A program made the position numbers and the translations under genes. Of a DNA stretch of 64,000 bases, positions 1-13,700 are shown one piece after another (position 1 is the first letter of the stretch; every line of letters starts with the position of its first letter). The notes under the pieces were generated by a model, which saw only the letters and a program-made list of their open reading frames with translations, searched no databases and had not been told where the DNA came from. The stretch lies in contig NW_026853737.1 in NCBI RefSeq assembly GCF_026571515.1, forward strand, positions 1-64,000, written 5' to 3'. Source of the DNA: Ruditapes philippinarum (lineage: Eukaryota).

Positions 1-732
1 CCCGGGTTTGGTCCGTCCATTGCATTAAAAGCTTGTATGGCCCTTCACAGGTCAAAACTACTGTGGGATTTCAAACCAAAATTTACAGGAGTATCAGTAC
101 CATCCCTAGTTGTACACAATACTGGCACATTCCACTTCGCTTCACAAAAATGGCCACCAGAGCTAAAAATAGAAAAATCTTGTCGGGCCTTCACAGGTCA
201 AACTACTTGTGGGATTTCAACCAAACTTTACAGGAGTGATCAGTACCATCCCTAGTTGTGCACATAACAGGTACGTTCTGCTATGCTGCACAAAATGGTC
301 GCCAGAGCTAAAAATAAATAATTCTTGTCAGGCCTTCACAGGTCAAACTTCTGGTGGGATTTCAACCAGTCTTTACAGGAGTGATCAGTACCAGTCCTAG
401 TTGTGCACATCACGGGTTCGTTCCGCTTCGCTGCACAAATTGGCCGCCAGAGCTAAAAATAGAAAAATCTTGTCTGGCCTTTACAGGTCAAACTACTACA
501 TGTAGTTGGATTTCAACAAAACTTTACAGGAGTGATCAGTAACATCGTAGTTGTGCCCGTCACCGGAATGTTCTGTTTTGCTGCACAAAATGGACATCAG
601 AGCTATGAATAGAAACATCTTGTCTGGCTTTCACAGGTCAAGCTTCTGGTGGGATTTCAATGAAACTTCACATGAGTGACCATACATTGTTTCAGGAGAC
701 ATATGTTTTTGTGACAAAAACCCTTCTAGTTT
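1..732 (+). mobile_element. HINE/pearl-like non-autonomous element with ~145-150 bp tandem core (5' end outside window)
   Basis: Motif ggc(c)ttcacaggtcaa recurs at ~40, 187, 331, 475 and 625. A gtcc microsatellite remnant lies at the left and a ttctagtt end at ~725. The short ORFs here are repeat artefacts. Confidence 0.65.
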
Positions 733-1058
733 TTTCTTAAATACATGTACTTAACACTGAAATACATGTGTTAAAATGTTGCATTACTCAAACAATTAAT
801 GATGGTATAGTTGATGTATCAATTAATGATGGTATAGTTGGGAAAGCATGCAGTATTCTTCTTGAAATGTTGATAAAAGCTTTTTTGATAAGAAAGTGGA
901 GAATATTGTATTTAAGATGTTTTATATATAGAAGGGACAGAGTACTGGTGTGGCCAGAATCTGGTTGATAATGTAGTGACGGCTATACAAACACATATTA
1001 TGGTGCTTATAATGGATACACAAGATACTAAACCACTTAAGGTGAGCACAGGTACATT

Positions 1059-1258
1059 TGAGCCATGTCATGACAAAATCAACAGCGCATCCACGCAATC
1101 TGATCAGGATCCATGCTGTTCGCTTACAAACTCTATTACAAGTACAGAAACTGATAGCCAACAGCATGGATCCTGATCAGACTGCGCGGATGCGCAGGCT
1201 GGTCTGGATCCATGCTGGTCGCAAAGGCATTATGTTGGTTTTGTCGTGACACGGCTCA
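1059..1258. mobile_element. Palindromic MITE (tgagcc...ggctca family), internally deleted copy
   Basis: Inverted ends gagccatgtcatgacaaaa / ttttgtcgtgacacggctc and core cagcatggatcctgatcagactgcgcggatgcgcaggctgg. Five copies in the window. Confidence 0.8.
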
Positions 1259-1649
1259 TTTATAGTGTACTTTAAGCGTTAAATATTCGTATATTTCCCT
1301 TTGTTTTCAATATTAGGCTATTGTAACAAAGTGTTTTCTATATTCAGCTATGCCAGCACTTTCTAATTTTATTCCATTGGTTACCATTGCTGGTTAAACT
1401 TTTCAACTGACCTTTTTGGTGAAGTTTTTGTTTAACTTCAACACTAGCCGTGCTGTTATACCAGTACTGAACAAAGTGGAGGGCGTTGCCCCTCTGACAG
1501 CATTGTTTCATTACTATGTTTTCTATTGTTAACTCTATTTGCAGTAAACTTTCAATATTTAGCAGTGTCTTCACCATGTTTTCTATATCTCATGTTTTCT
1601 AAATGCAGCTACTTTTATTTATGTCAACAATTGTGTTTTCTATATTCAG

Positions 1650-1746
1650 CTATGTTTACGGTGTGCTGTAGAACTGAGCAAACATCAACCAAAGGTTGCT
1701 GACACATTTGTTACCTGTATTGCTAGTCTCTTGTCGGAATCACAAG
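1650..1746 (+). CDS. INTS7: INTS7 exon a (LCLRCAVELSKHQPKVADTFVTCIASLLSESQ)
   Basis: ttcag|CTATGT...CACAAG|gtaatt; phase 0 to 1. Confidence 0.8.
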
Positions 1747-4700
1747 GTAATTTACGTAGTAGATTGTTGCAGTCATATATCAGGTAGAAATGTTATATTG
1801 TAGCTATTGTGTATTGCTAGTCTCTTGTCAGAATCACAAGGTAATTTACAAAGTAGATTGTTGCAGTCATATATCAGGTAGAAATGATATATTGTAGCTA
1901 TTGTGTATTGCTAGTCTCTTGTCGGAATCACAAGGTAATTTACAAAGTAGATTGTTGCAGTCATATATCAGGTAGAAATGATATATTGTAGCTATTGTTG
2001 GCTGGTGAGTATGTCATTATGTTTGCTTATTAAAAGAAAGGATAATATGGTTACATGTATGGATGCAACAATATGTACAATCATGTATTGTGATATCTTG
2101 TGATATAGCCTGTATATTGTAATACATGTACATTTATTGTTATGAAAAACTTTATAATACTGCATGTTTGTAACAACGCTTTTCATTTGATAGTCAAGAC
2201 ATTTATTTAGTTTTTTATACAAGGCTGCTTTCAATTTATTAAGAAATCTCACTTGTTTCACTAAAAAATTGATGCTTGCTCTATTATAAGTTCATTATAA
2301 ATATTTCTGACAGGTTATATGGACATATATTAATGATTGTGATATAATCTTTGACTAGGGGCTCAGGTAATATTCACAAACAACCATTTTTATACAGCCA
2401 TATTACTTGTCAAAAATCTTTGTAACTAATATTAAGAGGATATTTTTTCGTTTGAGTGAAATATGTGGCATTTTATGTTTCGTGAAAATGTATACCACGT
2501 TTCACAAAAACAAAAAAGTAACCTTTTTATTTACTTTCATTATCAAAGAAAATGGTTACGAACCCCCTTGCTTGCTGCAATTGGGCAGTAATATAATTAT
2601 TGTCTTGTTTTGAACGTGATATATAGCGATACATTGTGACATCACATAAACAATTCTTTTAACGTCTGTACAGAATTAATGACTGAATTAAAGATATTGG
2701 TGTTCGGATTTATTTTCTTAGTTAGACCATTTTCTATCAATCTAGATAGTTTTCAAAACAAAATTCAACAAAAAGTTGTTTCGTATTATTTAGATTTTTC
2801 AAACAAGCTGGCTAAAGAAGTCCCTTAAAATAAATATGAGTTTTGACTCCGCCCACTTTCATATTTATATTTCATATTTATTTTTAAAAAATATGAAATA
2901 TATTTGACTGATATAGCACCATATTTCATTGGTAAAATTAAATAATATCACATACCCATGCCGTTTTACGACTCCGTAAAAATGGTATTGCACGTCTGTG
3001 CATACTTTTTGACGAGACGTCATTTTCTTTATATAAACATAGCGTCAAGACCCGCTAAATGTTAGCATTATAGGCGCGTCAATGAAAAAAAAATTTTAAA
3101 AGAAGGTTCTTTTTCATTTCAAACGATCTTTATTTTTGGTATGTGATAAATAGAATATTAAATTCGCCAGAGGCTCGCATTATATAATTTTATTCAACTC
3201 ATTCAATAACTTACACTCATTCAATATCCTCTATATATAAAACTTCAACTACCATTCACTTTAGAAATGTCAAATGGTATTTGTTGGCAGATGGTGGGTT
3301 GTTGTATACCAGCTTATTGTCAGACCGCTAGTTTGATGAGTGACGCAACAATTGTCATCAATATTTAAATCACTTGATAGAAAACGATTACCATACTTTA
3401 CAAGCATTTAAAGAATAAATTCCAGTTATCGCCCCTTCCAACAATCTAATGCGATCTTTACTATATGAAATACTCACAATGGACATTATTTTCTGTAATA
3501 AGATTGTCATAATTTGAAGTTTGTAGATTTTACACACTTCTTACTCAGTTACATGGCTTTTGCATTCTATTTGAACGCATAGTGGATTTTGAAATTTCAA
3601 ATACAAAAAAAAGATAAAGGTCTAATTTTCTTATAGTCAGTGATTGGTTGAATTTGATTTGTTAGGCTCATACCACTGAGTTTTAACATGACAATTGACC
3701 ACAACTGTTCTATTGTACTTCAGTACATGTACATGTCCTTGTTTCCTTTTAGACTTTTTATGTATATAAGTTAAATAAAGATTTTTAAGGTATGTACATT
3801 GTAGATATATAACTCATATTATGTGTCATATATGTGTTTTGTTTTTGAATCAAGATTAGGCATAAAAGATCACGTCTTCTTAACTCTATATACTGCAAAA
3901 CGTATAACTTTTGGGGAACTAATTTTCATGGTTTTTATTTATAGGTCAATACTTAAAATTCAAGATCCAAAGAAATTTCATTTTGTCTGCTGCAAGATTA
4001 TTTTGCATTACAATATTTGTGCTTTACTTTTTGCAAGAATAGACAATCAATGAATTAAAAAAAACAAAAACAAAAAAACGTGATAAAATGTCCTTGTGAT
4101 AAAACCACAAAATTTGTTATGCCCACGACATTATGTGAATTTACAGTACTGAAACTGAAATTGTAGCAGAGTATGTAATATAAACAGCTGAACAAATACT
4201 TTCACAGGTCAATCAGATATAGCATTGTGTGAAAGTTTGGCTGCTATAGGATCTCTCAACCAATCATTACTGCCGAAATCTGTGGTACCCCAACTGCTTG
4301 GAGTCTTACAGAATTCTCTTAATGCAGGCCTGGAACCACATCAGATGCAGGTAAAGATATGAAAGTAATTCAAGATTTAATTAATGATTTTTTTGCAGAG
4401 AGTTGTAAAAGATGAAATTACTTACATTCTTACACAAATTTCATATTTTTTATATTGTACTTCGAACAGATGTTGTGCAAGTTGCTATGCTATCTGAGAA
4501 TGTACATGTAGTAAAATGTAGTAAAGATAAACTATATGTTAAGATAAAAGCTGTCTTTGTTTGGTTTTACTGATCCATTGTTACTACCAGTTAACCTCAT
4601 ACATGCCATATTATCCCCGACTTCGAGGATTGTCCCAGAAATAATGTATCTGTCCAAACAATTTGGTTGCTGAACAATGCCCTACCGCCTACCCACCTCC

Positions 4701-7700
4701 AAATGAGAAGTGTCCCGAAAATTGCTTAAAAAATTATGGTATGTATGGTTAACCTTATATTGCTCCTATAACTTTTCACCTGCTGAAATTGTTAAATGGA
4801 CTTGTCCAGCTTAAATTTTATGGAAATGTCCATTGTCAATTTAAGGGATATCAGGATGATATTAAAAATTAGTCAGCCAACAGGTGTAAAACCTAGTCAG
4901 ACTATACTGGTTGCAAAAACCTAATTACTTTTGGTCCAAAAAGGTGCATTGAATAATTCTTTATGTGAGAAATATTTTTAGCTCAATTAGGGGTTTATAA
5001 TTAGCTCTTGCCTGAAATATTACACAGTATGAAATAATACACAAAGGTTCTCCTTTTTTTATTCTTGCTTATTGCAATGATTTACATGTATATGCACTTT
5101 GATAACAATTATCAGCTAACAGTCAACTGCTATTTCTCATATACTTATTATACACTTTGGAATTAGATCTAGGATTGGCTTTTGGAAATGATTCTTTAAT
5201 TTGAAAAGCATGACCATGACCTAAATATCATTTCAGGTGTATTTATGCACAGTACTGTTTCAAGTGGCAAGTGGTACTGCTATCCCTGTAGATGTTGAGG
5301 GTTTAATCTTGTCATGTACAGAAAGATCTGATCCTTGGCTAGCTTACAAGACTGCTAGGCAGGCACTGAGATATGGTCAGTGTGGAATAGCAGAAAATAT
5401 ATTCCAGGCTTTGGCTAAAAAAGTAAGTTATTATTCCAACATTCTTCACCAATTGTAATATTCTGAAGTCAAAGCTACATTTTTACCAATGGTTTCGTTT
5501 TGAGTTCAAAACTTTATTTAAGAAATGGAATGTTTTGAGGTCAAAACTTTATTTCACCAATTTGAATGTTTCGTAATCAAAACTTTATTTCACCAATTGG
5601 AATGTTTCGTGATCAAAACTCTATTTCACCAATTGGAATGTTTCGTGATCAAAACTATATTTCACCAATTAGAATGTTTCGTGATCAAAACTTTATTTCA
5701 CCAATTGGAATGTTTTGTGATCAAAACTCTATTTCACCAATTGGAATGTTTCGTGATCAAAACTCTATTTCACCAATTGGAATGTTTCATGATCAAAACT
5801 TTATTTCACCAATTATGTTATTAAATCAGTATAAAAAACTCTGTTTCATCTATTGAAATTTGAGTATTAAACATGTGTTCTTTTTTTGGGACTAGTATAC
5901 TGGATTTTCAGTATCAACAACTAGAACTTGGCAGCAAACACTACCCATCAGTTTATATTTTGGTGTTATACTGCTCATTTTTGCAGACTGGCTCAGCTCT
6001 ATACTTGTAACATAGGCTAGTCAGTATTTCTGATTTCATTGCTAAACTTGCTTGAATCATTTACAGTTTCCTCGTTTTGTACAGGTATCATCAGAACATT
6101 TTTATTTCTGGCTGATTGGACTACATGAGATAACTCTAGGAGAAAAATGTCTACATGTTGACACTGGAAGTGTAATAGCAAAACTACAACAAGCACTCTC
6201 ATTCTACCATAAAGGTCTTACTTCATTAAAGGTTTGTCTCTTTGCTAGGTAATGTTATAATAACTTATAAAGATATATTATGCTCAAATTTGATATTTGA
6301 AAATACAGATAGTTAAAGTCTCTTATCAATTGTAACATAATCATCTTTTGAGTACACACAGAGAAGATATGTTACGTTTTTACTATACACACGAAAGGGA
6401 AAGGCAGTAGGAGGCAGTAGGAACATATAGTGTCATTAAAAAGCAAATTGACCAGCTACAAAAACATACGCTGAGCATTCTGTTACACAAATTAGACCAG
6501 AGACATAGATAACAGAGATTGGCAACTTCCTAGCTAGTAAAGATATCATGCGTGCTTGCTAAACTTAAAACTTGTAGCAAGTAAAACTTATTGACAAGAT
6601 ATCAAAATCAGTAAAATAATACATTTCCTGACAGCTTATGCATTTGTCTATGGCTGCAGGTAAAAACATTTACAGTTCCTATTTAAATAAATGATAACCA
6701 TCAATTTTTAAAGAAAACTACATATTAATTTTTGTTACAAATCTATTCATATGACGAAAAAACTGGCTCACTGGGTATGTTTTGCTATGTTTTTCTAAGT
6801 GAAAGACATGGAAAGTTACAAATATTTTAACATGCAGCAATAAATAAAAGATTTAACTTTCAAATGATGTATTATATAAAAGGATCAAATGTACATCCAT
6901 TAAGTTTTTTGATATGCATAAGTGATATTTCAATAGAGTATATATAGGAGCTGCTTATCTCTGTTATCTACATCTCTGATTAGACATATTCAGTAAGAAA
7001 TTCCTAGATTTCAATAAATTTCTACAATTAAAGTTTTTTTTTACCAAAAGATGAGCATAGTATATTTTTTAGCTATAGCAAGCATTTTGCTTGAAATGTT
7101 TTTAAATAGGCTTGATGAAACAGACTTCTTACTTTAATAATTAAAGTTGTACAACTTCATGTGAAGAAGCTAAGTAGCAACCTTACAAAAGGTTAATAGG
7201 TTGTGAAATAATGCATGTATGGACAAATGAGGTCTTATTATACCCCCGCACAACAAAGTTGTAAGGGATACTGGAATCAGCTTGTCCGTCCGGCTGTCCG
7301 TCGGTTTTTTCTTGTCCGCCCAATAACTTAAGATTCCTTTGACCCTTAGTCTTCATATTTGGCATGGAGGTTAGTCATGATTAGTAGATGACCCCTATTG
7401 ATTTTGAGGTCACCAGGTCAAAGGTCAAGGTCACAGGGGCCTTGACTTCAAAAAGCTTGTCTGCTCAATAACTTAAGATTCCTTTGACCTACAGTCTTCA
7501 TATTTGGCATGGAGGTTAGTCATGATTAGTAAATGACCCCTATTGATTTTGCTGGGTAAAAGGTCAAGGTCACAGGGGCCTTGACTATAAAAATCTTGTC
7601 TGCCCAACAACTTTAGATTCCTTTGACCCACAGTCTTCATATTTGGAATGGAGGTTAGTCATGATTAGTACATGACCCCTTTTGATTTTGAGGTCACTGG

Positions 7701-10700
7701 ATCGAAGGTCAAGGTCACAGGGACTTTGACTTCAAAAAGTTTGTCTGCCCATTAACTTAAGATTCCTTTGACCAATAGTCTTCATATTTGGCATGGAGGT
7801 TAGTCATGATTAATAGGTGACCCCTATTGATTTTGAGGTCACCAGGTTAAAGGTCAAGGTCACAGGGGCCTTGACTAAAAAAGTTTGTCCCCCCATTAAT
7901 TTAAGGTTCCTTTGACCCACAGTCTTCATATTGGGAATGGATGTTGATCATGACCATAAGGTGACCCCTATTGATTTTGAGGTCACTGGGTCAAAGATCA
8001 AGGTCACAGGGACCTTGACAAAAAAAAGCTTTTCTTCTCAGTTGCTAAAGAATGCCTGTCTGCAGTGTATTGATTTTGACATTTTCACATTTGAGTAGCA
8101 ATGTACTGGCTTAGTAAAGGGAGGTTGTCCTTGAGCTCTAAATGGCCACTGTTGATTCTGACAAAGTGGTATGCGGGGGTATTCACGCCATGATAGTGGC
8201 AGTTCTAGTTTAATTCAGCAGAAAAGTAGCTATATGACCTTGAGAGTTTTGCTGTAATTTAAATATCCCTATTCCCAAAAAGAATAAAATCAATGTTTTC
8301 AATTACACTAGACCTTTTTGATTGCAGCTTTTCATTCTCATAATTCGTATCAACATCGCACATTTCTTTATATTAAGGCAACAAGATATTTGTCAAAAAT
8401 CCTAGGTCACATATTAAAGATCACAGATATAATTGATCTGCGCCATGACAAAACCATTATAGTGCTTTTGCGACCAGCATGGATCTAGACCAGTCTGCGC
8501 ATCAAACCCTATTACAAGTAGAGAAACTGATAGCGAACAGCATGGATCCTGATCAGACTGCCCGGATGCGCAGGCTGGTCTGGATCCATGCTGGTCGCAA
8601 ATGCTCTATGTTGATTTTGTTGTGACGGGGCTCAGATATATCATAGTAAGAGTATTGTATTACAGGCTGCTGTGGTGCCAAGCTTCCCTCTACAGTTTCA
8701 ATCAGAGTATATACAGTTACGAGCCTCCCTCCTCGATGTACACACACAGTTGTTGCGTACATGTAACACATTTAAGACATGCCCCCCTCCTGCCATCGCA
8801 GCGGCTCAGGCTGTTGCCAAGGGGCAGGAACTCACTAAATGTGAACATACTGTTACACAGGTAGTGTATGATTACAACTTTGTCATTATCTTATTTTTCA
8901 TGAATTACGGAACGTCGGTGGTCCTACTCATGTGCCTGATCGTGCCTGAAATAATGCACCAAGGGGCACCTGCGGTCTTCCTCCACCAGCTAAGCTGGAA
9001 TGTCGCAATATGACCTATATTGTGTCAATGTGACGTAAAACCCAATCTAACGAACAAACATTTTCATGAAAATTGGAAATTTTGTAATAGATATGAATCT
9101 GTTTAATCATATTAGATATCTTAATTACTTTTAAATTATTAGTAATTTTTAGCTTGACTATTCGCAGAATAATCGAGCTAATGCAGTCACCCATTTGTCG
9201 GCGTCCCTGTGGTTAAGTTTTTGCGTGTAAGCTGGTATCTCCATAACTACTGAAGGGAATGGATTGAAACTTCACACACTTGTTCTCTGTGATTATCTAA
9301 CATGATTGGCACAAGTCCCATAACTCTGATTTGCTTTTTTGCATAATTTTGCGCCTTTTTCCACTTAGAAATTATTGGTTAAGTTTTTGCGTGCAAGCTG
9401 GTATCTCCATAACTACTGAAGGGAACAGATTGAAACTTCACACACTTGTTCTCTGTGATTAACTTACATGATTGGCTCAAGTCCCTAACTCTGATTTGCT
9501 TTTTTGCATTATTATGCCCCTTTTTCGACTTAGAAATTCTTGGTTAAGTTTTTGCGTGCAAGCTGGCATCTCCATAACTTCTGAAGGGAATGGATTGAAA
9601 TAATTGAATAATTTACATGATTGGCACAACTCTGATTTGCTTTTTTGCATAATTATGCCCCTTTTTCGCCTTAGATGTTATTGGTTAAGTTTTTGCGTGC
9701 AAGCTGGTATCTCCATAACTACTGAAGGGAATGGATTGAAACTTCACACACTTGTGTTCTGTGATTATCTAACATGATTGGCACAAGTCCCATAACTCTG
9801 ATTTGCTTTTTTGCATAATTATGCCCCTTTATGACGTAGAAATTCTTGGTTATGTTTTTGCGTGCAAGCTGGTATTCTCCATAACTACTGAAGGGAATGG
9901 ATTGAAACTTCACATACTTGTTCTCTGTGATTATCTTACATGATTGGCACAAGTCCCATAACTCTGTTTTTAATTATGCACCTTTTTCGGCTTAGAAATT
10001 CTATGTAAAGTTTTTTGGAACAATTTTTATGCATTCATAATAATAAAGCAGTGATTAACGCCATAAAACATCTTAATAACAAACCTTTGTACCTTTTCAG
10101 ACAATATTATGTATTCATATTGGTAAGCAGTATTATACTCAATGAAACCAGGGTCTTTCTAATAGAATGGTCTGGAAACACGCTATGTAAACCCTTCTCG
10201 CTACAATTAAACATGTCTCGGTATAACTCGGTATAATTTGCCTTATGCAAATTATGTAAGTGTTCAAGAAAAGGGCGAAAATTAAATACAAGAGCAAAAA
10301 TGAAAATTTTAACGACATGATGTTATTTAAAAATCTTTAAACTTGTGAAAAAAGGATAAATATTTCAGAAAATAATGTTTTTAAAGCCATATTTGTTGAA
10401 AAACATAGATTGATTGTTCAGGATATTTGCCAATAAACAGCGCCATTTTGAAAATGCACCAAATTAAACATCAAATATTTGCAAATAACATTGTGAAACA
10501 TTATAATATATTTACATGATACGATTTAATAACATCTTTCCTCTGTAAAATCCATTTCTATTTCGTCATTGAAAAATGCATAAATTAAAAAAAAGCTCAT
10601 GAAACTCGGACCTATTTTCAAATATGAGCAGTAGATTTTTACCTTGACACTGGGAACGAAAAATTCCTAATTTGATTGCAAATCTATAAAATTGTTACTT

Positions 10701-13700
10701 TTTAAGTAAAAACTGATAATATAATGTAGCCAGAGTTAGTTTTTAGTAAATGTTTGATTGATTTAACAAAACATTATCTTATAATTTGATTTTTGAATGG
10801 TGATGTGCTATGACAGATCACGGTCGGTAGATAACCCAATCAAGTGACTCAACCGAGACAGCTTTTTTCTTAAAATTGGTCCGTCTCCAGACCATTCTAT
10901 CTGAAAGACCCTGATGAAACACACTTGTGACAACTTTTCGAATAGTCGAGCGTTACTGTCCTCAGACAGTTCTTGTTTCAGATGTTTTGAATCGTTGTAT
11001 CATACACAGAATGTTAAATTACTGGGCTGAAAATTAACAAAAAAGATTTGTAATTCTTGTTAAATTTGTGTTTATATGTATGAACAGAAAATGCAGCATT
11101 CATAGTATAATTTATTGCCATTAACCAGGCAAAACATAAAAATAATATAGCTAAATGTTTGTTTACATGTATTTAGACATGAACTGTATAATAATGGAAA
11201 TATAGGTCTAGATTTGTAACAAGTGTGCCTTAGAATTGATTTTTTAATTTGAGCCGCGTCTTGACAAAACCAACATAGTGCTTTTGCGACCAGCATGGAT
11301 CCCGACCAGCCTGAGCATCTGCGCAGTCTGATCAGGATCCATGCTGTTCGCTATTAGTTTCTCTACTTGTTATAGGGTTTGTAAGTGAACAGCATGGATC
11401 CTGATCAGACTGCGCGGATGCGCAGGCTGGTCTGGATCCATGCTGGTCGCAAACGCACTATGTTGGTTTTGTCATGACACGGCTCATTTTTCTTTTCAGC
11501 TTGGTAAGACTGCCAGTGATTATGAGAAGATAAGTGAAAGACTGGCTGCCCTATATCAACAGTCATTTGATGCTGACCCAGCTTCCTTACAAAATATACA
11601 ACAGTATCCTTTCTTAAACTCTGATCTTATATGTACATTATCTAGAAAATACCTCCCTTTAATCTGTAATTTACGTAGGAAATCCCACTCATTATTATTT
11701 ATCTAACATTCTTTTGAAAGTCCCAATCATTTATAATGAAATCTGTACTTTATCTCGAAAATCCCACCCATTAATCAGTACATTATCTTAGAAAATCTAA
11801 CTTATCTTATTAATCTAACATTATCTGGAAAATCCCTTTTTTGTCCACTACAGTTGTCTCAAATGATGTATGTGGAATACTTGGCGTACAGTTACGTAGG
11901 GAAAAGATAAGATAGTTTACGGAATGCCAGTGGTTCTACTCCTTTGTACCTAAAAAAAATGCATGGATGGGTATCTGAGGTCTTTCTCCACCATTTTGTA
12001 TTGAATATACATGCAGCAAATACATATATTATTATTCTTTGAAGAAAATCTGACTTGTAAGAGATACAGAATCATTGAAGGAATAAAGTGTTTTATATAG
12101 TACATGTTCCTTAATTACATAACTTAGATTACAAACAAGCTGTGAACTAATGAAACTTGCAATCTCTTCTATTGTTCAAAATGGACATGATGGGTATAAT
12201 TAACTTCATTTACAGCCACTTTTCTTTATAAAAGTGTAAAAGTTCTTAGATTAATGACTTGCACCAGCTTTCGACAAATACAGACTTATTATATAAGGAA
12301 TTACGGGGCGTCTGTGGCCGAGTGGTTAAGGTCGTTGACTTCAAACCACTTGCCCCTCACCGCTGTGGGTTCGAATCCCAACAGGGACTTTAGATTCTTT
12401 CATGTGAGGAAGCTATCCAGCTAGCTTATGGAATGTCAGTGTTTCTACTCGGGTGCCCGTTTGTGCCTGAAATAATGCACAGAAGGGCATCTGAGGTCTT
12501 CCTCCACCAGTAAAGCTGGAACGTTGCCATATGACCTATACTGTGTTGGTGTGACGTAAAACCCTATCAAACAAACAAACTGCAGCTCCATTTAAATGAT
12601 AAGATACAACTGCTCAATTTGTTGATTTTTTTTTGATGTTTTTCGGAGTTTTCATAAAGACATAATTATATGCAAAATTAAAACTTTTCAATAGAATTTC
12701 TTTAAACTTTGCATGTTATTAGAATATGATAACAGAAACATTTTAAATGGGAAAAAATTGAGGTCACCGGTCTCATTTTCAAGTTATCATGTAAACATGC
12801 CAAGTTTAAAGAAATTTTATAGAACAGTTTAAATTTTGCCTATATGTCTATATGAAAATTCCCGAAAATGTCCTTAATCCATAAATTAGATAAATATATA
12901 TTTGTTTCTTTGTGCCCTCACCAAAAATATATTTTATTTAAAGAGATTTCATGATAAAGACAGCATGAAGGACAGTGCTAAATGACAAGTGCATTAATGA
13001 CAAACAAGCCTTTAGTGAATCTGATTGAAATACAGGAAAATAGACACTGAAGTTTCCCATTATAAGACAGAAATAAATGTTGCAAATGTTAAACCTCTTT
13101 ATCTGTTATACCACTTCTGATTGTTGAAATATTTTATATAAGCTGTGTCACGACAAAACCAACATAATGGGTTTGCGACCAGCATGGATCCAGACCAGCC
13201 TGCGCATCCGCGCAGTCTGATCAGGATCCATGCTGTTCGCTTACAGACCCTATAACAAGTAGAGAAACTGATAGCGAACAGCATGGATCCTGATCAGACT
13301 GCATGGATGCGCAGGCTGGTCTGGATCCATGCTGGTCGCAAACCCATTATGTTGGTTTTGTCATGGCCCGGCTCATATCATTTTGAATATTCATGTAATA
13401 ATACTTTTAATCATGAAAAATTATAAAAAATATTTCACTTTTAGATACATTTATATTTCAGTCAAGCATTGCTGGCAGATAAAATGGTGCTTGGTGTAGG
13501 GGAGGTTACTGGAGACAAGTTTAAACAGCTTCTTAATACAGTTCATACAGAGTTAGCTACCTTACTGCGGACAGAGGGCACTGAAGTCATTTCACATAAT
13601 GTAATCACATTTTTATTGTTTGAAATTTTAACCTGCCCATTTTGCAAATGTTATTCAGTGGTTTCAACATAATATTTTAAGACCGAACGCTGCATTCTAC

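Noticed and set aside
5524-5813. 36-bp repeats as a CRISPR array or repeat protein
   Set aside because: Units are head to tail with no spacers, the context is a eukaryotic intron, and the ORFs arise only because 36 is divisible by 3.
12305-12380. Functional tRNA gene
   Set aside because: It continues into a multi-copy SINE body and tail.
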